Positions 53,013-63,998 of a stretch of 64,000 nt of DNA are shown here, piece after piece. Source of the stretch: Escherichia coli (GTDB lineage: Bacteria; Pseudomonadota; Gammaproteobacteria; Enterobacterales; Enterobacteriaceae); assembly GCF_011045215.1 (NCBI RefSeq), contig NZ_CP049201.1; one strand, 5' to 3'. The stretch's first letter is position 1. The number at the start of each line of letters is the position of its first letter. The position numbers were made by a program, and so were the translations under genes. The notes under the pieces were generated by a model. That model saw only the letters and a program-made list of their open reading frames with translations. It did not search any database and was not told the DNA's origin.

Positions 53013-53776
53013 GTCAGCCATTATTATCTGTTAACGGCCTGATGATGCGCTTCGGCGGCCTGCTGGCGGTGAACAACGTCAATCTTGAACTGTACCCGCA
53101 GGAGATCGTCTCGTTAATCGGCCCTAACGGTGCCGGAAAAACCACGGTCTTCAACTGCCTGACCGGTTTCTACAAACCCACCGGCGGCACCATTTTACTG
53201 CGCGATCAGCATCTGGAAGGTTTGCCGGGGCAGCAAATCGCCCGCATGGGCGTGGTGCGTACCTTCCAGCATGTGCGTCTGTTCCGTGAAATGACGGTAA
53301 TTGAAAACCTGCTGGTGGCGCAGCATCAGCAACTGAAAACCGGGCTGTTCTCAGGCCTGTTGAAAACGCCGTCTTTCCGTCGCGCCCAAAGTGAAGCGCT
53401 CGACCGCGCCGCCACCTGGCTTGAGCGCATTGGTTTGCTGGAACACGCCAACCGTCAGGCGAGTAACCTGGCCTACGGTGACCAGCGCCGTCTGGAGATC
53501 GCCCGCTGCATGGTGACGCAGCCGGAGATTTTAATGCTCGACGAACCTGCGGCAGGTCTTAACCCGAAAGAAACGAAAGAGCTGGATGAGCTGATTGCCG
53601 AACTGCGCAATCATCACAACACCACTATCTTGTTGATTGAACACGATATGAAGCTGGTGATGGGAATTTCGGACCGAATTTACGTGGTCAATCAGGGGAC
53701 GCCGCTGGCAAACGGTACGCCGGAGCAAATCCGTAATAACCCGGACGTGATCCGTGCCTATTTAGGTGAGGCATAA
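53009..53776 (+). CDS. livG: Branched-chain amino-acid ABC ATPase
   Basis: 255 aa; Walker A (GPNGAGKTT). Confidence 0.9.
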   Translation: MSQPLLSVNGLMMRFGGLLAVNNVNLELYPQEIVSLIGPNGAGKTTVFNCLTGFYKPTGGTILLRDQHLEGLPGQQIARMGVVRTFQHVRLFREMTVIENLLVAQHQQLKTGLFSGLLKTPSFRRAQSEALDRAATWLERIGLLEHANRQASNLAYGDQRRLEIARCMVTQPEILMLDEPAAGLNPKETKELDELIAELRNHHNTTILLIEHDMKLVMGISDRIYVVNQGTPLANGTPEQIRNNPDVIRAYLGEA

Positions 53777-53777
53777 G

Positions 53778-54491
53778 ATGGAAAAAGTCATGTTGTCCTT
53801 TGACAAAGTCAGCGCCCACTACGGCAAAATCCAGGCGCTGCATGAGGTGAGCCTGCATATCAATCAGGGCGAGATTGTCACGCTGATTGGCGCGAACGGG
53901 GCGGGGAAAACCACCTTGCTCGGCACGTTATGCGGCGATCCGCGCGCCACCAGCGGGCGAATTGTGTTTGATGATAAAGACATTACCGACTGGCAGACGG
54001 CGAAAATCATGCGCGAAGCGGTAGCGATTGTCCCGGAAGGGCGTCGTGTCTTCTCGCGGATGACGGTGGAAGAGAACCTGGCGATGGGCGGCTTTTTTGC
54101 CGAACGTGATCAGTTTCAGGAGCGCATAAAGTGGGTGTATGAGCTGTTTCCACGTCTTCATGAGCGTCGTGTTCAGCGGGCGGGCACCATGTCCGGCGGT
54201 GAACAGCAGATGCTGGCGATTGGTCGTGCGCTGATGAGCAACCCGCGTTTGTTGTTGCTTGATGAGCCATCGCTCGGTCTTGCGCCGATTATCATCCAGC
54301 AAATTTTCGACACCATCGAGCAGCTGCGCGAGCAGGGGATGACTATCTTCCTCGTCGAGCAGAACGCCAACCAGGCGCTGAAGCTCGCTGATCGCGGCTA
54401 CGTGCTGGAAAACGGTCATGTGGTGCTCTCCGATACTGGTGATGCGCTACTGGCGAATGAAGCGGTGAGAAGTGCGTATTTAGGCGGGTAA
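53778..54491 (+). CDS. livF: Branched-chain amino-acid ABC ATPase
   Basis: 237-aa product starting MEKVMLSF; Walker A (GANGAGKTT), signature (MSGGEQQM). Confidence 0.9.
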   Translation: MEKVMLSFDKVSAHYGKIQALHEVSLHINQGEIVTLIGANGAGKTTLLGTLCGDPRATSGRIVFDDKDITDWQTAKIMREAVAIVPEGRRVFSRMTVEENLAMGGFFAERDQFQERIKWVYELFPRLHERRVQRAGTMSGGEQQMLAIGRALMSNPRLLLLDEPSLGLAPIIIQQIFDTIEQLREQGMTIFLVEQNANQALKLADRGYVLENGHVVLSDTGDALLANEAVRSAYLGG

Positions 54492-54500
54492 ATTATCAAT

Positions 54501-54535
54501 AACCCGGCAGCTAAGTTCTGCCGGGTTATTCGTCC
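54501..54535 (+). terminator. Hairpin after livF (candidate terminator)
   Basis: 8-bp stem CCCGGCAG / CTGCCGGG with 7-nt loop, followed by TTATT. Confidence 0.5.
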
Positions 54536-54609
54536 GTATACAGACTTGTTTCAACTGACCGGGAGGATTAAAACCAGACCACTTATTTGCCACGGAAAGG
54601 TTCCCTCCC

Positions 54610-55356
54610 ATGCATTATGCCGTTGTCGCCATGCTTGAAATGCTTTGCTGTATCCACGCTTACCGTACCGGACAAGAGCGATATTGGTTTTTTATCATCT
54701 TCTGTTTTCCGGTGATTGGTTGCGTGGCGTATTTTGTCATGGTGATGCTGCCAGAAACGGGCGCTGACCGTCACGGGCGTACCTTTCTGATGCGCCTGCA
54801 GGACAAACTCAACCCTGAGCGCCACCTGCGCAAATTAACCGAAGAACTGGCGATTGCCGAGACGAATCAAAACCATTATGCGTTGGCTAATGAACTGGCG
54901 CGTCTGGGGCGTTATCACGAAGCTGTTCCCCATTATCAGCAGGCGTTAAGCGGGATATTCGCCCATGAAGCGGCAATGATGCTAAGCCTGGCGCAGGCAC
55001 AGTTTGCTATTCAGGAGTTCGCCGCCTGTCAGCAGACGCTGGAAGATGTGATGCGTTATAACCCTGATTTTCATTCGGCAGACGGGCATTTGTTATTTGC
55101 CAGAACGTTAGCCGCACAAGAAAAATACGCTGATGCGGAAAGCGAGTTTGAAGTATTGATTTCTTATTACCCCGGCCCGCAGGCGCGTATTTACTATGCG
55201 GAAATGTTGGCGAAAATGAGTCGGTTACGTGAAGCCAACGAGCAGTATGTTGCCGTAGTTGATACGGCTAAACGCTCAAGACCTCATTATAGAAAACACC
55301 ACCGGGAATGGATTAAGACCGCCAATGAACGGCTGAAGCAGAGTGTGGTGCAATGA
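54610..55356 (+). CDS. Hypothetical membrane-anchored TPR-like protein
   Basis: 248-aa ORF with E. coli-like codon usage; hydrophobic N-terminal ~45 aa (two likely TM helices) then helical repeat-like sequence rich in Ala/Leu/Tyr/Gln; hairpins with T-runs follow at 55366-55400 and 55486-55519. Confidence 0.6.
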   Translation: MHYAVVAMLEMLCCIHAYRTGQERYWFFIIFCFPVIGCVAYFVMVMLPETGADRHGRTFLMRLQDKLNPERHLRKLTEELAIAETNQNHYALANELARLGRYHEAVPHYQQALSGIFAHEAAMMLSLAQAQFAIQEFAACQQTLEDVMRYNPDFHSADGHLLFARTLAAQEKYADAESEFEVLISYYPGPQARIYYAEMLAKMSRLREANEQYVAVVDTAKRSRPHYRKHHREWIKTANERLKQSVVQ

Positions 55357-55365
55357 AAATCTTCT

Positions 55366-55400
55366 TTGCCGTTAGACCAGTGTCGCGGCAATCTTTTGTT
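55366..55400 (+). terminator. Hairpin plus T-run immediately after the TPR-like ORF
   Basis: TTGCCG / CGGCAA stem with 14-nt loop, followed by TCTTTTGTT. Confidence 0.4.
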
Positions 55401-55485
55401 AAAATTGAAAAATGTAGCTCTCATCGGGCAGCAAAACTGGACGCAGAATTTGCTGCCATTTTTGCTCTTCATGGTAAGGAGTTCT

Positions 55486-55519
55486 GGCGATTAGCTGGCC
55501 GTTAATCGCCTCTTTTCAG
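55486..55519 (+). terminator. Second hairpin plus T-run upstream of the ugpB promoter
   Basis: 8-bp stem GGCGATTA / TAATCGCC with 9-nt loop, followed by TCTTTTC. Confidence 0.45.
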
Positions 55520-55568
55520 TGCATTCTCGGGATATCCGTGCCCCATCTCCCATTTTCCCTCACCCACG

Positions 55569-55598
55569 CCGTCACCGCCTTGTCATCTTTCTGACACC
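55569..55598 (+). promoter_or_regulatory. Pho box array (PhoB binding) in the ugpB promoter
   Basis: Three 7-mers at 11-bp phase (ccgtcac, ttgtcat, ctgacac) approximating CTGTCAT direct repeats, about 120-150 bp upstream of ugpB. Confidence 0.5.
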
Positions 55599-55715
55599 TT
55601 ACTATCTTACAAATGTAACAAAAAAGTTATTTTTCTGTAATTCGAGCATGTCATGTTACCCCGCGAGCATAAAACGCGTGAATTCGCGCATTCGGTACAA
55701 CAAGAGAGATAAACG

Positions 55716-57032
55716 ATGAAACCGTTACATTATACAGCTTCAGCACTGGCGCTCGGACTGGCGTTAATGGGGAATGCACAGGCAGTGACGACCATTCCGT
55801 TCTGGCATTCTATGGAAGGGGAACTGGGTAAAGAGGTGGATTCTCTGGCCCAACGTTTTAACGCCGAAAACCCGGATTACAAAATTGTACCGACCTATAA
55901 AGGCAACTACGAACAGAATTTAAGCGCGGGGATTGCCGCATTTCGTACCGGCAACGCGCCGGCTATTTTGCAGGTTTATGAAGTTGGCACCGCCACCATG
56001 ATGGCGTCTAAGGCCATTAAACCGGTATATGACGTGTTTAAAGAGGCGGGGATTCAATTCGATGAGTCGCAGTTTGTGCCGACGGTTTCCGGTTACTACT
56101 CCGACAGCAAAACGGGCCACTTACTCTCCCAGCCATTCAACAGCTCGACCCCCGTTCTCTATTACAACAAAGACGCCTTCAAGAAAGCAGGATTAGACCC
56201 GGAACAGCCGCCGAAAACCTGGCAGGATCTGGCGGACTATTCTGCAAAACTGAAAGCCTCCGGTATGAAGTGCGGCTACGCCAGCGGCTGGCAGGGCTGG
56301 ATCCAACTGGAAAACTTTAGCGCCTGGAACGGTCTGCCGTTTGCCAGCAAAAACAACGGCTTTGACGGCACGGATGCGGTGCTGGAGTTCAACAAGCCGG
56401 AGCAGGTGAAACACATCGCCATGCTCGAAGAGATGAACAAGAAGGGCGATTTCAGCTACGTCGGGCGTAAGGATGAATCCACCGAGAAGTTCTATAACGG
56501 TGATTGCGCGATGACCACCGCCTCTTCCGGTTCTCTCGCTAATATTCGTGAGTACGCCAAATTTAACTATGGCGTAGGCATGATGCCTTACGACGCCGAT
56601 GCGAAAGATGCACCGCAAAACGCCATTATCGGCGGGGCCAGCCTGTGGGTGATGCAGGGCAAAGATAAAGAAACGTATACCGGCGTGGCGAAGTTCCTCG
56701 ACTTCCTCGCGAAGCCAGAAAACGCTGCCGAGTGGCATCAGAAAACCGGTTATCTGCCAATCACCAAAGCAGCGTATGACCTGACCCGTGAGCAGGGCTT
56801 TTATGAGAAAAACCCAGGGGCGGATACCGCGACGCGTCAGATGCTGAATAAGCCGCCGTTGCCGTTCACCAAAGGGCTGCGTCTGGGCAACATGCCGCAG
56901 ATCCGCGTGATTGTGGATGAAGAGCTGGAGAGCGTGTGGACCGGTAAGAAGACACCACAGCAGGCACTGGATACCGCCGTTGAGCGTGGAAATCAGTTGC
57001 TGCGCCGCTTTGAGAAATCGACGAAGTCTTAA
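55716..57032 (+). CDS. ugpB: Periplasmic sn-glycerol-3-phosphate-binding protein
   Basis: 438-aa ORF with signal peptide ([23 protein letters not shown]). Confidence 0.92.
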   Translation: MKPLHYTASALALGLALMGNAQAVTTIPFWHSMEGELGKEVDSLAQRFNAENPDYKIVPTYKGNYEQNLSAGIAAFRTGNAPAILQVYEVGTATMMASKAIKPVYDVFKEAGIQFDESQFVPTVSGYYSDSKTGHLLSQPFNSSTPVLYYNKDAFKKAGLDPEQPPKTWQDLADYSAKLKASGMKCGYASGWQGWIQLENFSAWNGLPFASKNNGFDGTDAVLEFNKPEQVKHIAMLEEMNKKGDFSYVGRKDESTEKFYNGDCAMTTASSGSLANIREYAKFNYGVGMMPYDADAKDAPQNAIIGGASLWVMQGKDKETYTGVAKFLDFLAKPENAAEWHQKTGYLPITKAAYDLTREQGFYEKNPGADTATRQMLNKPPLPFTKGLRLGNMPQIRVIVDEELESVWTGKKTPQQALDTAVERGNQLLRRFEKSTKS

Positions 57033-57043
57033 TCAGTGTAATG

Positions 57044-57110
57044 TCGGATGCGTTTCGCTTATCTGACCTGGCATCGCGTGTAGGCCGGATAAGCGAAGCG
57101 CATCCGGCAC
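57044..57110. repeat. REP/BIME-type element between ugpB and ugpA
   Basis: tgtaggccggataagcgaagcgcatccggcac preceded by a partial inverted copy (tcggatgcgtttcgcttatctgacctg). Confidence 0.7.
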
Positions 57111-57129
57111 AGTTCAGGAATTAACCGTA

Positions 57130-58017
57130 ATGTCATCATCCCGTCCGGTGTTCCGCTCGCGCTGGCTGCCTTATCTGCTGGTCGCGCCGCAGCTCATCAT
57201 CACCGTTATCTTTTTTATCTGGCCTGCGGGCGAAGCGTTGTGGTACTCGCTGCAAAGCGTCGATCCGTTTGGTTTCTCCAGCCAGTTTGTCGGCCTGGAT
57301 AACTTCGTCGCGCTGTTTCATGACAGCTACTATCTCGACTCCTTCTGGACGACGATAAAATTCAGCACCTTTGTCACCGTCAGCGGTTTGCTGGTATCGC
57401 TGTTCTTTGCGGCGCTGGTGGAGTACATCGTGCGCGGCAGTCGTTTCTATCAAACCTTGATGCTGCTGCCGTATGCCGTGGCTCCCGCTGTTGCCGCCGT
57501 ATTGTGGATCTTCCTGTTTAACCCCGGTCGCGGGCTGATCACCCATTTTCTCGCTGAGTTCGGCTACGACTGGAACCACGCGCAAAACAGCGGTCAGGCA
57601 ATGTTTCTGGTGGTGTTTGCCTCAGTATGGAAGCAAATCAGCTACAACTTCCTGTTCTTCTATGCCGCGCTGCAATCCATTCCCCGTTCGTTGATCGAAG
57701 CCGCAGCCATCGACGGTGCAGGGCCGATTCGCCGCTTCTTTAAGATTGCGCTGCCGCTTATCGCCCCAGTGAGCTTCTTCCTGCTGGTAGTGAACCTGGT
57801 GTATGCCTTCTTCGACACCTTCCCGGTGATCGACGCCGCCACGTCCGGCGGGCCGGTTCAGGCCACCACGACGCTGATTTATAAGATCTACCGCGAAGGC
57901 TTTACCGGACTGGATCTGGCTTCGTCTGCCGCACAGTCGGTGGTGTTGATGTTCCTCGTCATCGTGCTGACGGTGGTGCAGTTCCGCTATGTTGAAAGCA
58001 AGGTGCGTTACCAATGA
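57130..58017 (+). CDS. ugpA: G3P ABC permease
   Basis: 295-aa polytopic ORF. Confidence 0.9.
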
Positions 58018-58859
58018 TTGAGAACCGTCCGTGGCTGACGATATTCAGCCATACCATGCTGATCCTCGGGATCGCGGTGATCCTATTCCCGCTGTACGTG
58101 GCGTTTGTCGCGGCGACGCTGGATAAACAGGCCGTCTACGCCGCGCCGATGACGCTCATCCCCGGCACGCATCTGCTGGAAAACATCCACAACATCTGGG
58201 TAAACGGGGTAGGCACAAATAGTGCGCCGTTCTGGCGGATGTTGCTTAACAGCTTCGTGATGGCGTTCAGCATTACGCTCGGCAAAATTACCGTCTCGAT
58301 GCTCTCGGCATTCGCCATTGTCTGGTTTCGTTTTCCGCTGCGTAACCTCTTTTTCTGGATGATTTTTATCACCCTGATGTTGCCGGTTGAAGTACGTATC
58401 TTCCCGACGGTGGAAGTCATCGCCAACCTGAAGATGCTCGACAGCTACGCCGGTTTAACGCTGCCGCTGATGGCCTCGGCGACCGCGACGTTTCTTTTCC
58501 GCCAGTTCTTTATGACCCTACCGGATGAACTGGTGGAAGCCGCGCGGATCGACGGCGCGTCGCCAATGCGCTTCTTTTGCGACATCGTTTTTCCGTTGTC
58601 CAAAACTAATCTGGCGGCGTTGTTTGTGATCACCTTTATTTACGGCTGGAACCAGTATTTGTGGCCGTTGTTGATTATTACCGACGTGGATCTCGGCACC
58701 ACCGTGGCAGGGATCAAAGGGATGATCGCCACTGGCGAAGGCACCACAGAATGGAACTCGGTGATGGCTGCGATGTTGTTAACCCTGATCCCACCAGTAG
58801 TGATTGTTTTAGTGATGCAGCGTGCCTTCGTGCGCGGCCTGGTCGATAGTGAGAAATAA
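58014..58859 (+). CDS. ugpE: G3P ABC permease
   Basis: 281-aa polytopic ORF; ATGA overlap with ugpA. Confidence 0.9.
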
Positions 58860-58860
58860 G

Positions 58861-59931
58861 ATGGCAGGACTGAAATTACAGGCAGTAACTAAAAGCTGGG
58901 ATGGCAAAACCCAGGTGATTAAACCGCTGACCCTTGATGTGGCGGATGGCGAATTTATCGTGATGGTCGGCCCGTCAGGCTGCGGGAAATCGACGCTGCT
59001 GCGCATGGTTGCCGGGCTGGAGCGGGTGACGGAAGGCGATATCTGGATCAACGACCAGCGGGTGACCGAAATGGAGCCGAAAGATCGCGGGATTGCGATG
59101 GTGTTCCAGAACTACGCGCTTTATCCGCATATGAGTGTTGAAGAAAACATGGCGTGGGGGCTGAAAATTCGCGGCATGGGCAAGCAGCAAATTGCCGAGC
59201 GCGTTAAAGAAGCGGCGCGCATTCTGGAGCTGGACGGTCTGCTTAAGCGCCGCCCGCGCGAGCTTTCCGGCGGTCAGCGTCAGCGTGTGGCGATGGGCCG
59301 CGCGATTGTGCGCGATCCGGCGGTGTTCCTGTTTGATGAGCCACTCTCTAACCTCGATGCCAAGCTGCGCGTACAGATGCGTCTTGAACTGCAACAGCTG
59401 CACCGTCGCCTGAAAACGACTTCACTCTACGTTACTCACGATCAGGTTGAGGCGATGACCCTCGCCCAGCGAGTAATGGTGATGAACGGCGGCGTTGCTG
59501 AACAGATTGGCACGCCAGTTGAAGTCTACGAAAAGCCCGCCAGCCTGTTTGTGGCGAGTTTTATTGGCAGTCCGGCGATGAATCTGCTGACAGGCCGCGT
59601 GAATAATGAAGGCACGCATTTCGAACTGGACGGCGGTATTGAGCTGCCGCTAAACGGTGGCTACCGTCAGTATGCCGGGCGTAAAATGACTCTCGGCATT
59701 CGCCCGGAACATATTGCGCTAAGCTCGCAAGCAGAAGGTGGCGTACCGCTGGTGATGGATACGCTGGAGATCCTCGGCGCAGATAACCTGGCGCACGGAC
59801 GCTGGGGCGAACAGAAGCTGGTGGTGCGACTGGCGCATCAGGAGCGCCCGACGGCAGGCAGCACGCTGTGGCTGCATCTGGCGGAAAATCAGCTGCATCT
59901 TTTTGATGGTGAAACAGGACAACGAGTATGA
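58861..59931 (+). CDS. ugpC: G3P ABC ATPase
   Basis: 356-aa product starting MAGLKLQAV; Walker A (GPSGCGKST), signature (LSGGQRQRV). Confidence 0.9.
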   Translation: MAGLKLQAVTKSWDGKTQVIKPLTLDVADGEFIVMVGPSGCGKSTLLRMVAGLERVTEGDIWINDQRVTEMEPKDRGIAMVFQNYALYPHMSVEENMAWGLKIRGMGKQQIAERVKEAARILELDGLLKRRPRELSGGQRQRVAMGRAIVRDPAVFLFDEPLSNLDAKLRVQMRLELQQLHRRLKTTSLYVTHDQVEAMTLAQRVMVMNGGVAEQIGTPVEVYEKPASLFVASFIGSPAMNLLTGRVNNEGTHFELDGGIELPLNGGYRQYAGRKMTLGIRPEHIALSSQAEGGVPLVMDTLEILGADNLAHGRWGEQKLVVRLAHQERPTAGSTLWLHLAENQLHLFDGETGQRV

Positions 59932-60671
59932 GTAACTGGCCTTATCCCCGCATCGTCGCTCATCGTGGCGGCGGTAAGCTGGCCCCGGAAAACACCCTGG
60001 CGGCAATCGACGTCGGGGCAAAATACGGTCATAAGATGATCGAATTTGACGCGAAGTTATCGAAAGATGGCGAGATCTTTCTGCTCCATGACGACAATCT
60101 CGAACGTACCAGCAACGGCTGGGGCGTCGCGGGTGAACTGAACTGGCAGGATTTACTACGTGTGGATGCAGGCAGTTGGTACGGCAAAGCGTTTAAAGGT
60201 GAGCCGCTGCCGTTGCTTTCGCAGGTGGCGGAACGCTGTCGCGAACATGGGATGATGGCGAATATCGAAATCAAACCCACCACTGGCACTGGGCCATTAA
60301 CGGGCAAAATGGTGGCGCTGGCGGCACGCGAGCTGTGGGCCGGTATGACGCCGCCGCTACTGTCATCGTTTGAGATTGATGCTTTAGAAGCCGCACAACA
60401 GGCAGTACCAGAACTGCCGCGCGGTTTGTTGCTGGATGAGTGGCGCGACGACTGGCGAGAACTGACCGCGCGGCTGGGCTGCGTCTCTATTCATCTCAAT
60501 CATAAGTTGCTCGATAAAGCGCGAGTGATGCAGTTGAAAGACGCCGGATTACGGATTCTGGTTTATACCGTCAATAAACCCCAGCGCGCGGCAGAGTTGC
60601 TGCGCTGGGGCGTGGATTGCATCTGTACCGATGCGATTGATGTGATTGGTCCGAACTTTACGGCCCAATAG
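59928..60671 (+). CDS. ugpQ: Glycerophosphodiester phosphodiesterase
   Basis: 247-aa ORF starting [15 protein letters not shown] (GDPD-family HR(G)G motif). Confidence 0.9.
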   Translation: MSNWPYPRIVAHRGGGKLAPENTLAAIDVGAKYGHKMIEFDAKLSKDGEIFLLHDDNLERTSNGWGVAGELNWQDLLRVDAGSWYGKAFKGEPLPLLSQVAERCREHGMMANIEIKPTTGTGPLTGKMVALAARELWAGMTPPLLSSFEIDALEAAQQAVPELPRGLLLDEWRDDWRELTARLGCVSIHLNHKLLDKARVMQLKDAGLRILVYTVNKPQRAAELLRWGVDCICTDAIDVIGPNFTAQ

Positions 60672-61098
60672 TTTTCAACGGTATATCAGGCTGCGGCGTG
60701 CCGGGCTGATTCAGCATGTCGCCGTTTCTCCTCTCCGGCAACATATGCTGCTGATTCAACGAACTATCCGGATTACGGTTGCTGTTTAACATCCCGCCAT
60801 TGGTGTTGGGCAGCATTTGCTGCCGGGCGGGATTTCGCTCCCCCGGCTGTGACTGCAACACCCGCTGAGAATTATTGTTTATCTGGTTTTCTAAATGCTG
60901 TTGTTGCAACTGAGTTTGCGTTTTCAGTTGCTGATTCAGCATCCCTTTTTGCTGGATTTGCTGAGTCTGCATCTGGGTTTGCATCCGCTGCTGACTGGGG
61001 ATCTGATACCCCGGCTGGTTAGGGTTGTTCAGAGTATTAATGGGCTGTGCAAAGCCGACAAACGGCAGGAGTGCCGTAAGAATCAGAAGTCGTTTCAT
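60658..61098 (-). CDS. yhhA: Secreted Gln-rich low-complexity protein (DUF2756)
   Basis: 146 aa; signal peptide then Q/N-rich repeats; 3' end overlaps ugpQ convergently by 14 bp. Confidence 0.85.
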   Translation of the reverse strand: MKRLLILTALLPFVGFAQPINTLNNPNQPGYQIPSQQRMQTQMQTQQIQQKGMLNQQLKTQTQLQQQHLENQINNNSQRVLQSQPGERNPARQQMLPNTNGGMLNSNRNPDSSLNQQHMLPERRNGDMLNQPGTPQPDIPLKTIGP

Positions 61099-61217
61099 CG
61101 CGTATCCTCCTCTGAAGATATTCTTTAAGTTTACTCCTTTCCTGCAATCATCAGGATTAATTCAGAGTTATATACCAGGCTTAGCTGGGGTTGCCCCTTA
61201 ATCTCTGGAGAATAACG

Positions 61218-62963
61218 ATGATAAAACCGACGTTTTTACGCCGGGTGGCCATTGCTGCTCTGTTCACAGGAAGTTGTTTTAGTACGGTAGCCGCGCCACC
61301 TGCGCCGTCTCCTGTTTCTTACGGCGTGGAGGAAGATGTCTTTCATCCGGTACGCGCGAAACAGGGGATGGTGGCATCTGTAGATGCTACTGCCACTCAG
61401 GTGGGGGTGGATATCCTCAAGGAGGGCGGGAATGCCGTTGATGCCGCCGTGGCTGTGGGCTACGCGCTGGCGGTAACGCATCCGCAGGCAGGGAATCTGG
61501 GCGGTGGTGGTTTTATGCTGATCCGCTCGAAAAATGGCAATACCACCGCTATCGATTTCCGCGAAATGGCACCCGCCAAAGCGACCCGCGATATGTTCCT
61601 TGATGACCAGGGCAACCCGGACAGCAAAAAATCACTCACTTCGCATCTGGCTTCCGGCACGCCCGGTACGGTCGCTGGTTTCTCGCTGGCGTTGGATAAA
61701 TACGGCACAATGCCGTTGAACAAAGTGGTGCAGCCAGCGTTTAAACTGGCACGCGATGGTTTTATCGTTAACGACGCGCTGGCTGACGATCTCAAAACCT
61801 ACGGGAGCGAAGTGCTGCCGAATCACGAAAACAGCAAGGCTATCTTCTGGAAAGAGGGCGAGCCGCTGAAAAAGGGCGACAAGCTGGTGCAGGCGAACCT
61901 GGCAAAGAGCCTGGAGATGATTGCCGAAAACGGCCCGGACGAATTCTACAAAGGCACGATAGCGGAACAGATTGCCCAGGAGATGCAGAAAAACGGTGGC
62001 CTGATCACTAAAGAAGATTTAGCGGCGTATAAAGCGGTCGAACGCACACCGATAAGCGGCGATTATCGCGGGTATCAGGTTTACTCCATGCCACCGCCAT
62101 CCTCCGGCGGGATCCATATCGTACAAATCCTCAATATTCTGGAAAACTTCGATATGAAGAAATACGGTTTTGGCAGCGCCGACGCGATGCAGATCATGGC
62201 AGAAGCGGAGAAATATGCCTACGCTGACCGCTCGGAATATCTTGGCGACCCGGATTTTGTGAAAGTCCCGTGGCAGGCGCTGAACAATAAAGCCTATGCC
62301 AAATCTATTGCCGAGCAAATCGATATCAATAAAGCGAAACCGTCCAGCGAGATTCGCCCTGGCAAGCTTGCGCCTTATGAGAGTAATCAAACTACCCATT
62401 ACTCAGTGGTGGATAAAGACGGTAACGCCGTGGCGGTGACCTATACGCTGAACACCACCTTCGGTACGGGTATTGTCGCGGGCGAGAGCGGTATTCTGCT
62501 TAATAACCAGATGGATGATTTCTCCGCCAAACCGGGCGTACCGAACGTTTACGGGCTGGTGGGCGGTGATGCCAACGCGGTCGGGCCGAATAAACGCCCA
62601 CTGTCGTCGATGTCACCAACCATTGTGGTGAAAGACGGTAAAACCTGGCTGGTTACCGGTAGCCCTGGCGGGAGCCGGATTATTACCACCGTGCTGCAAA
62701 TGGTGGTGAATAGCATCGATTATGGCATGAACGTCGCCGAAGCGACCAATGCGCCGCGTTTCCAACATCAGTGGTTGCCGGACGAGCTGCGTGTCGAAAA
62801 AGGGTTTAGCCCGGATACGCTCAAGCTGCTGGAAGCAAAAGGTCAGAAAGTGGCGCTGAAAGAGGCGATGGGCAGTACACAAAGCATTATGGTTGGGCCG
62901 GACGGTGAGTTGTACGGCGCATCCGACCCGCGCTCGGTGGATGATTTAACGGCGGGGTACTAA
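61218..62963 (+). CDS. ggt: Gamma-glutamyltranspeptidase
   Basis: 580-aa product starting MIKPTFLRRVAIAALF (signal peptide); Ntn-hydrolase family (the autocatalytic Thr is expected within QTTHYSVVD). Confidence 0.92.
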   Translation: MIKPTFLRRVAIAALFTGSCFSTVAAPPAPSPVSYGVEEDVFHPVRAKQGMVASVDATATQVGVDILKEGGNAVDAAVAVGYALAVTHPQAGNLGGGGFMLIRSKNGNTTAIDFREMAPAKATRDMFLDDQGNPDSKKSLTSHLASGTPGTVAGFSLALDKYGTMPLNKVVQPAFKLARDGFIVNDALADDLKTYGSEVLPNHENSKAIFWKEGEPLKKGDKLVQANLAKSLEMIAENGPDEFYKGTIAEQIAQEMQKNGGLITKEDLAAYKAVERTPISGDYRGYQVYSMPPPSSGGIHIVQILNILENFDMKKYGFGSADAMQIMAEAEKYAYADRSEYLGDPDFVKVPWQALNNKAYAKSIAEQIDINKAKPSSEIRPGKLAPYESNQTTHYSVVDKDGNAVAVTYTLNTTFGTGIVAGESGILLNNQMDDFSAKPGVPNVYGLVGGDANAVGPNKRPLSSMSPTIVVKDGKTWLVTGSPGGSRIITTVLQMVVNSIDYGMNVAEATNAPRFQHQWLPDELRVEKGFSPDTLKLLEAKGQKVALKEAMGSTQSIMVGPDGELYGASDPRSVDDLTAGY

Positions 62964-62970
62964 GGTTAGT

Positions 62971-63000
62971 GGCCCTCTTCGTGGGAAGAGGGCTATTTTG
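62971..63000. terminator. Bidirectional hairpin terminator between ggt and yrhB
   Basis: 9-bp stem GCCCTCTTC / GAAGAGGGC with 4-nt loop, followed by TATTTTG. Confidence 0.7.
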
Positions 63001-63285
63001 TCAGGGCAAGCCGAAGGTAGCCTTTTTTATTTCGTAATCCTGTAGATATTCTTCCAGCGGCTTTGCCGTTCCCAGAGAATGAATTTCACCACTGTCTTTA
63101 TCAATAATAAAAGGTGCGTTACCAGCTAAGCGCGCGGCCTCATCTCCAGTTTCGAGAAATTCTCGTGCTTCGAAACAGAAATACCAGCCCTGGCTAAAGC
63201 GTCCATGTAGAGTAATGACGACCGGGAGATCTGCATCATCAAGGTAATGGTTCGCTTTCGCGAATGCGTCGTGATAAGTAATCAT
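63001..63285 (-). CDS. yrhB: Small heat-stable chaperone-like protein
   Basis: 94-aa ORF starting MITYHDAFAKANHYLDD in the conserved position next to ggt. Confidence 0.75.
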   Translation of the reverse strand: MITYHDAFAKANHYLDDADLPVVITLHGRFSQGWYFCFEAREFLETGDEAARLAGNAPFIIDKDSGEIHSLGTAKPLEEYLQDYEIKKATFGLP

Positions 63286-63734
63286 AATTATAATAAATAT
63301 TATTGTTGAGTGTTATATTATTATTCCTGTGTGATACCTTGAGCAAAGGTGCATTCATCTTCGTCAAAGATATTATTAAATGCTGGTTTTGAAAAAAGTT
63401 CATCGGATAAGATATAGTCACGAAATAAGTATCTGCTAATATTTTGTGATTTCTTTTTCAGAACGTCGAACGGGATTTTCTTATTTAAGATATCAGAATC
63501 TTATGATTTGGGTAAAATTCTAAATAAATAAACATGTCACTAAAATCATCATAGCCATTAGCTATTTCGGCTAAAATAGAGACTACATGTCTTCGGTCCA
63601 TCTCACTTAAGGAGTGTAGTTCCGTTGTAAGTTTTTCCATAGCTTGCATTGCTAAATTTCGAACAAGGAATTTTCTGGTGGTAATCTCTAAAAAGATGGC
63701 ATGGTTTACAATGATTTTTGTTTCCTTTTGATTA

Positions 63735-63998
63735 TTATGAACAACTGTCCATGATTTCGTTTAAGAATGAAGAGAAATCACTAAACGAACTGAATATATT
63801 TTCTGTGCCAATATTATCTCTAATTTCAAAAAAGTTACTTTTAATGTCATAAGTAAATATTGAAATGCTATCATCCCCGATCACTAACCGTTCTTGTAGA
63901 TCAGGGTTTATGAAATCATCATTATTTCTATAAAATTCATTTACGGCAAAAAGGTTTTTAACTGAAGGTTCTGGAATCGAGAGGCTAAATAATCGTAA
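63735..63998 (-). CDS. 3'-terminal 87 codons of an unidentified AT-rich gene that continues beyond the window end
   Basis: Manual reverse-strand translation gives an open frame from the window edge to a TAA at 63735-63737 (...IGTENIFSSFSDFSSFLNEIMDSCS*); absent from the ORF track because its start codon lies outside the window. Confidence 0.35.
   Translation of the reverse strand, partial: LRLFSLSIPEPSVKNLFAVNEFYRNNDDFINPDLQERLVIGDDSISIFTYDIKSNFFEIRDNIGTENIFSSFSDFSSFLNEIMDSCS

Noticed and set aside
60658-61098. Gln-rich low-complexity ORF as a possible spurious call
   Set aside because: It has a signal peptide and matches the conserved yhhA position and size, so it is retained as a real gene.
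63239-63421. 60-aa reverse-strand ORF overlapping the yrhB start
   Set aside because: Asn/Ile/Tyr-rich translation of AT-rich DNA overlapping the better-supported yrhB frame; likely spurious.
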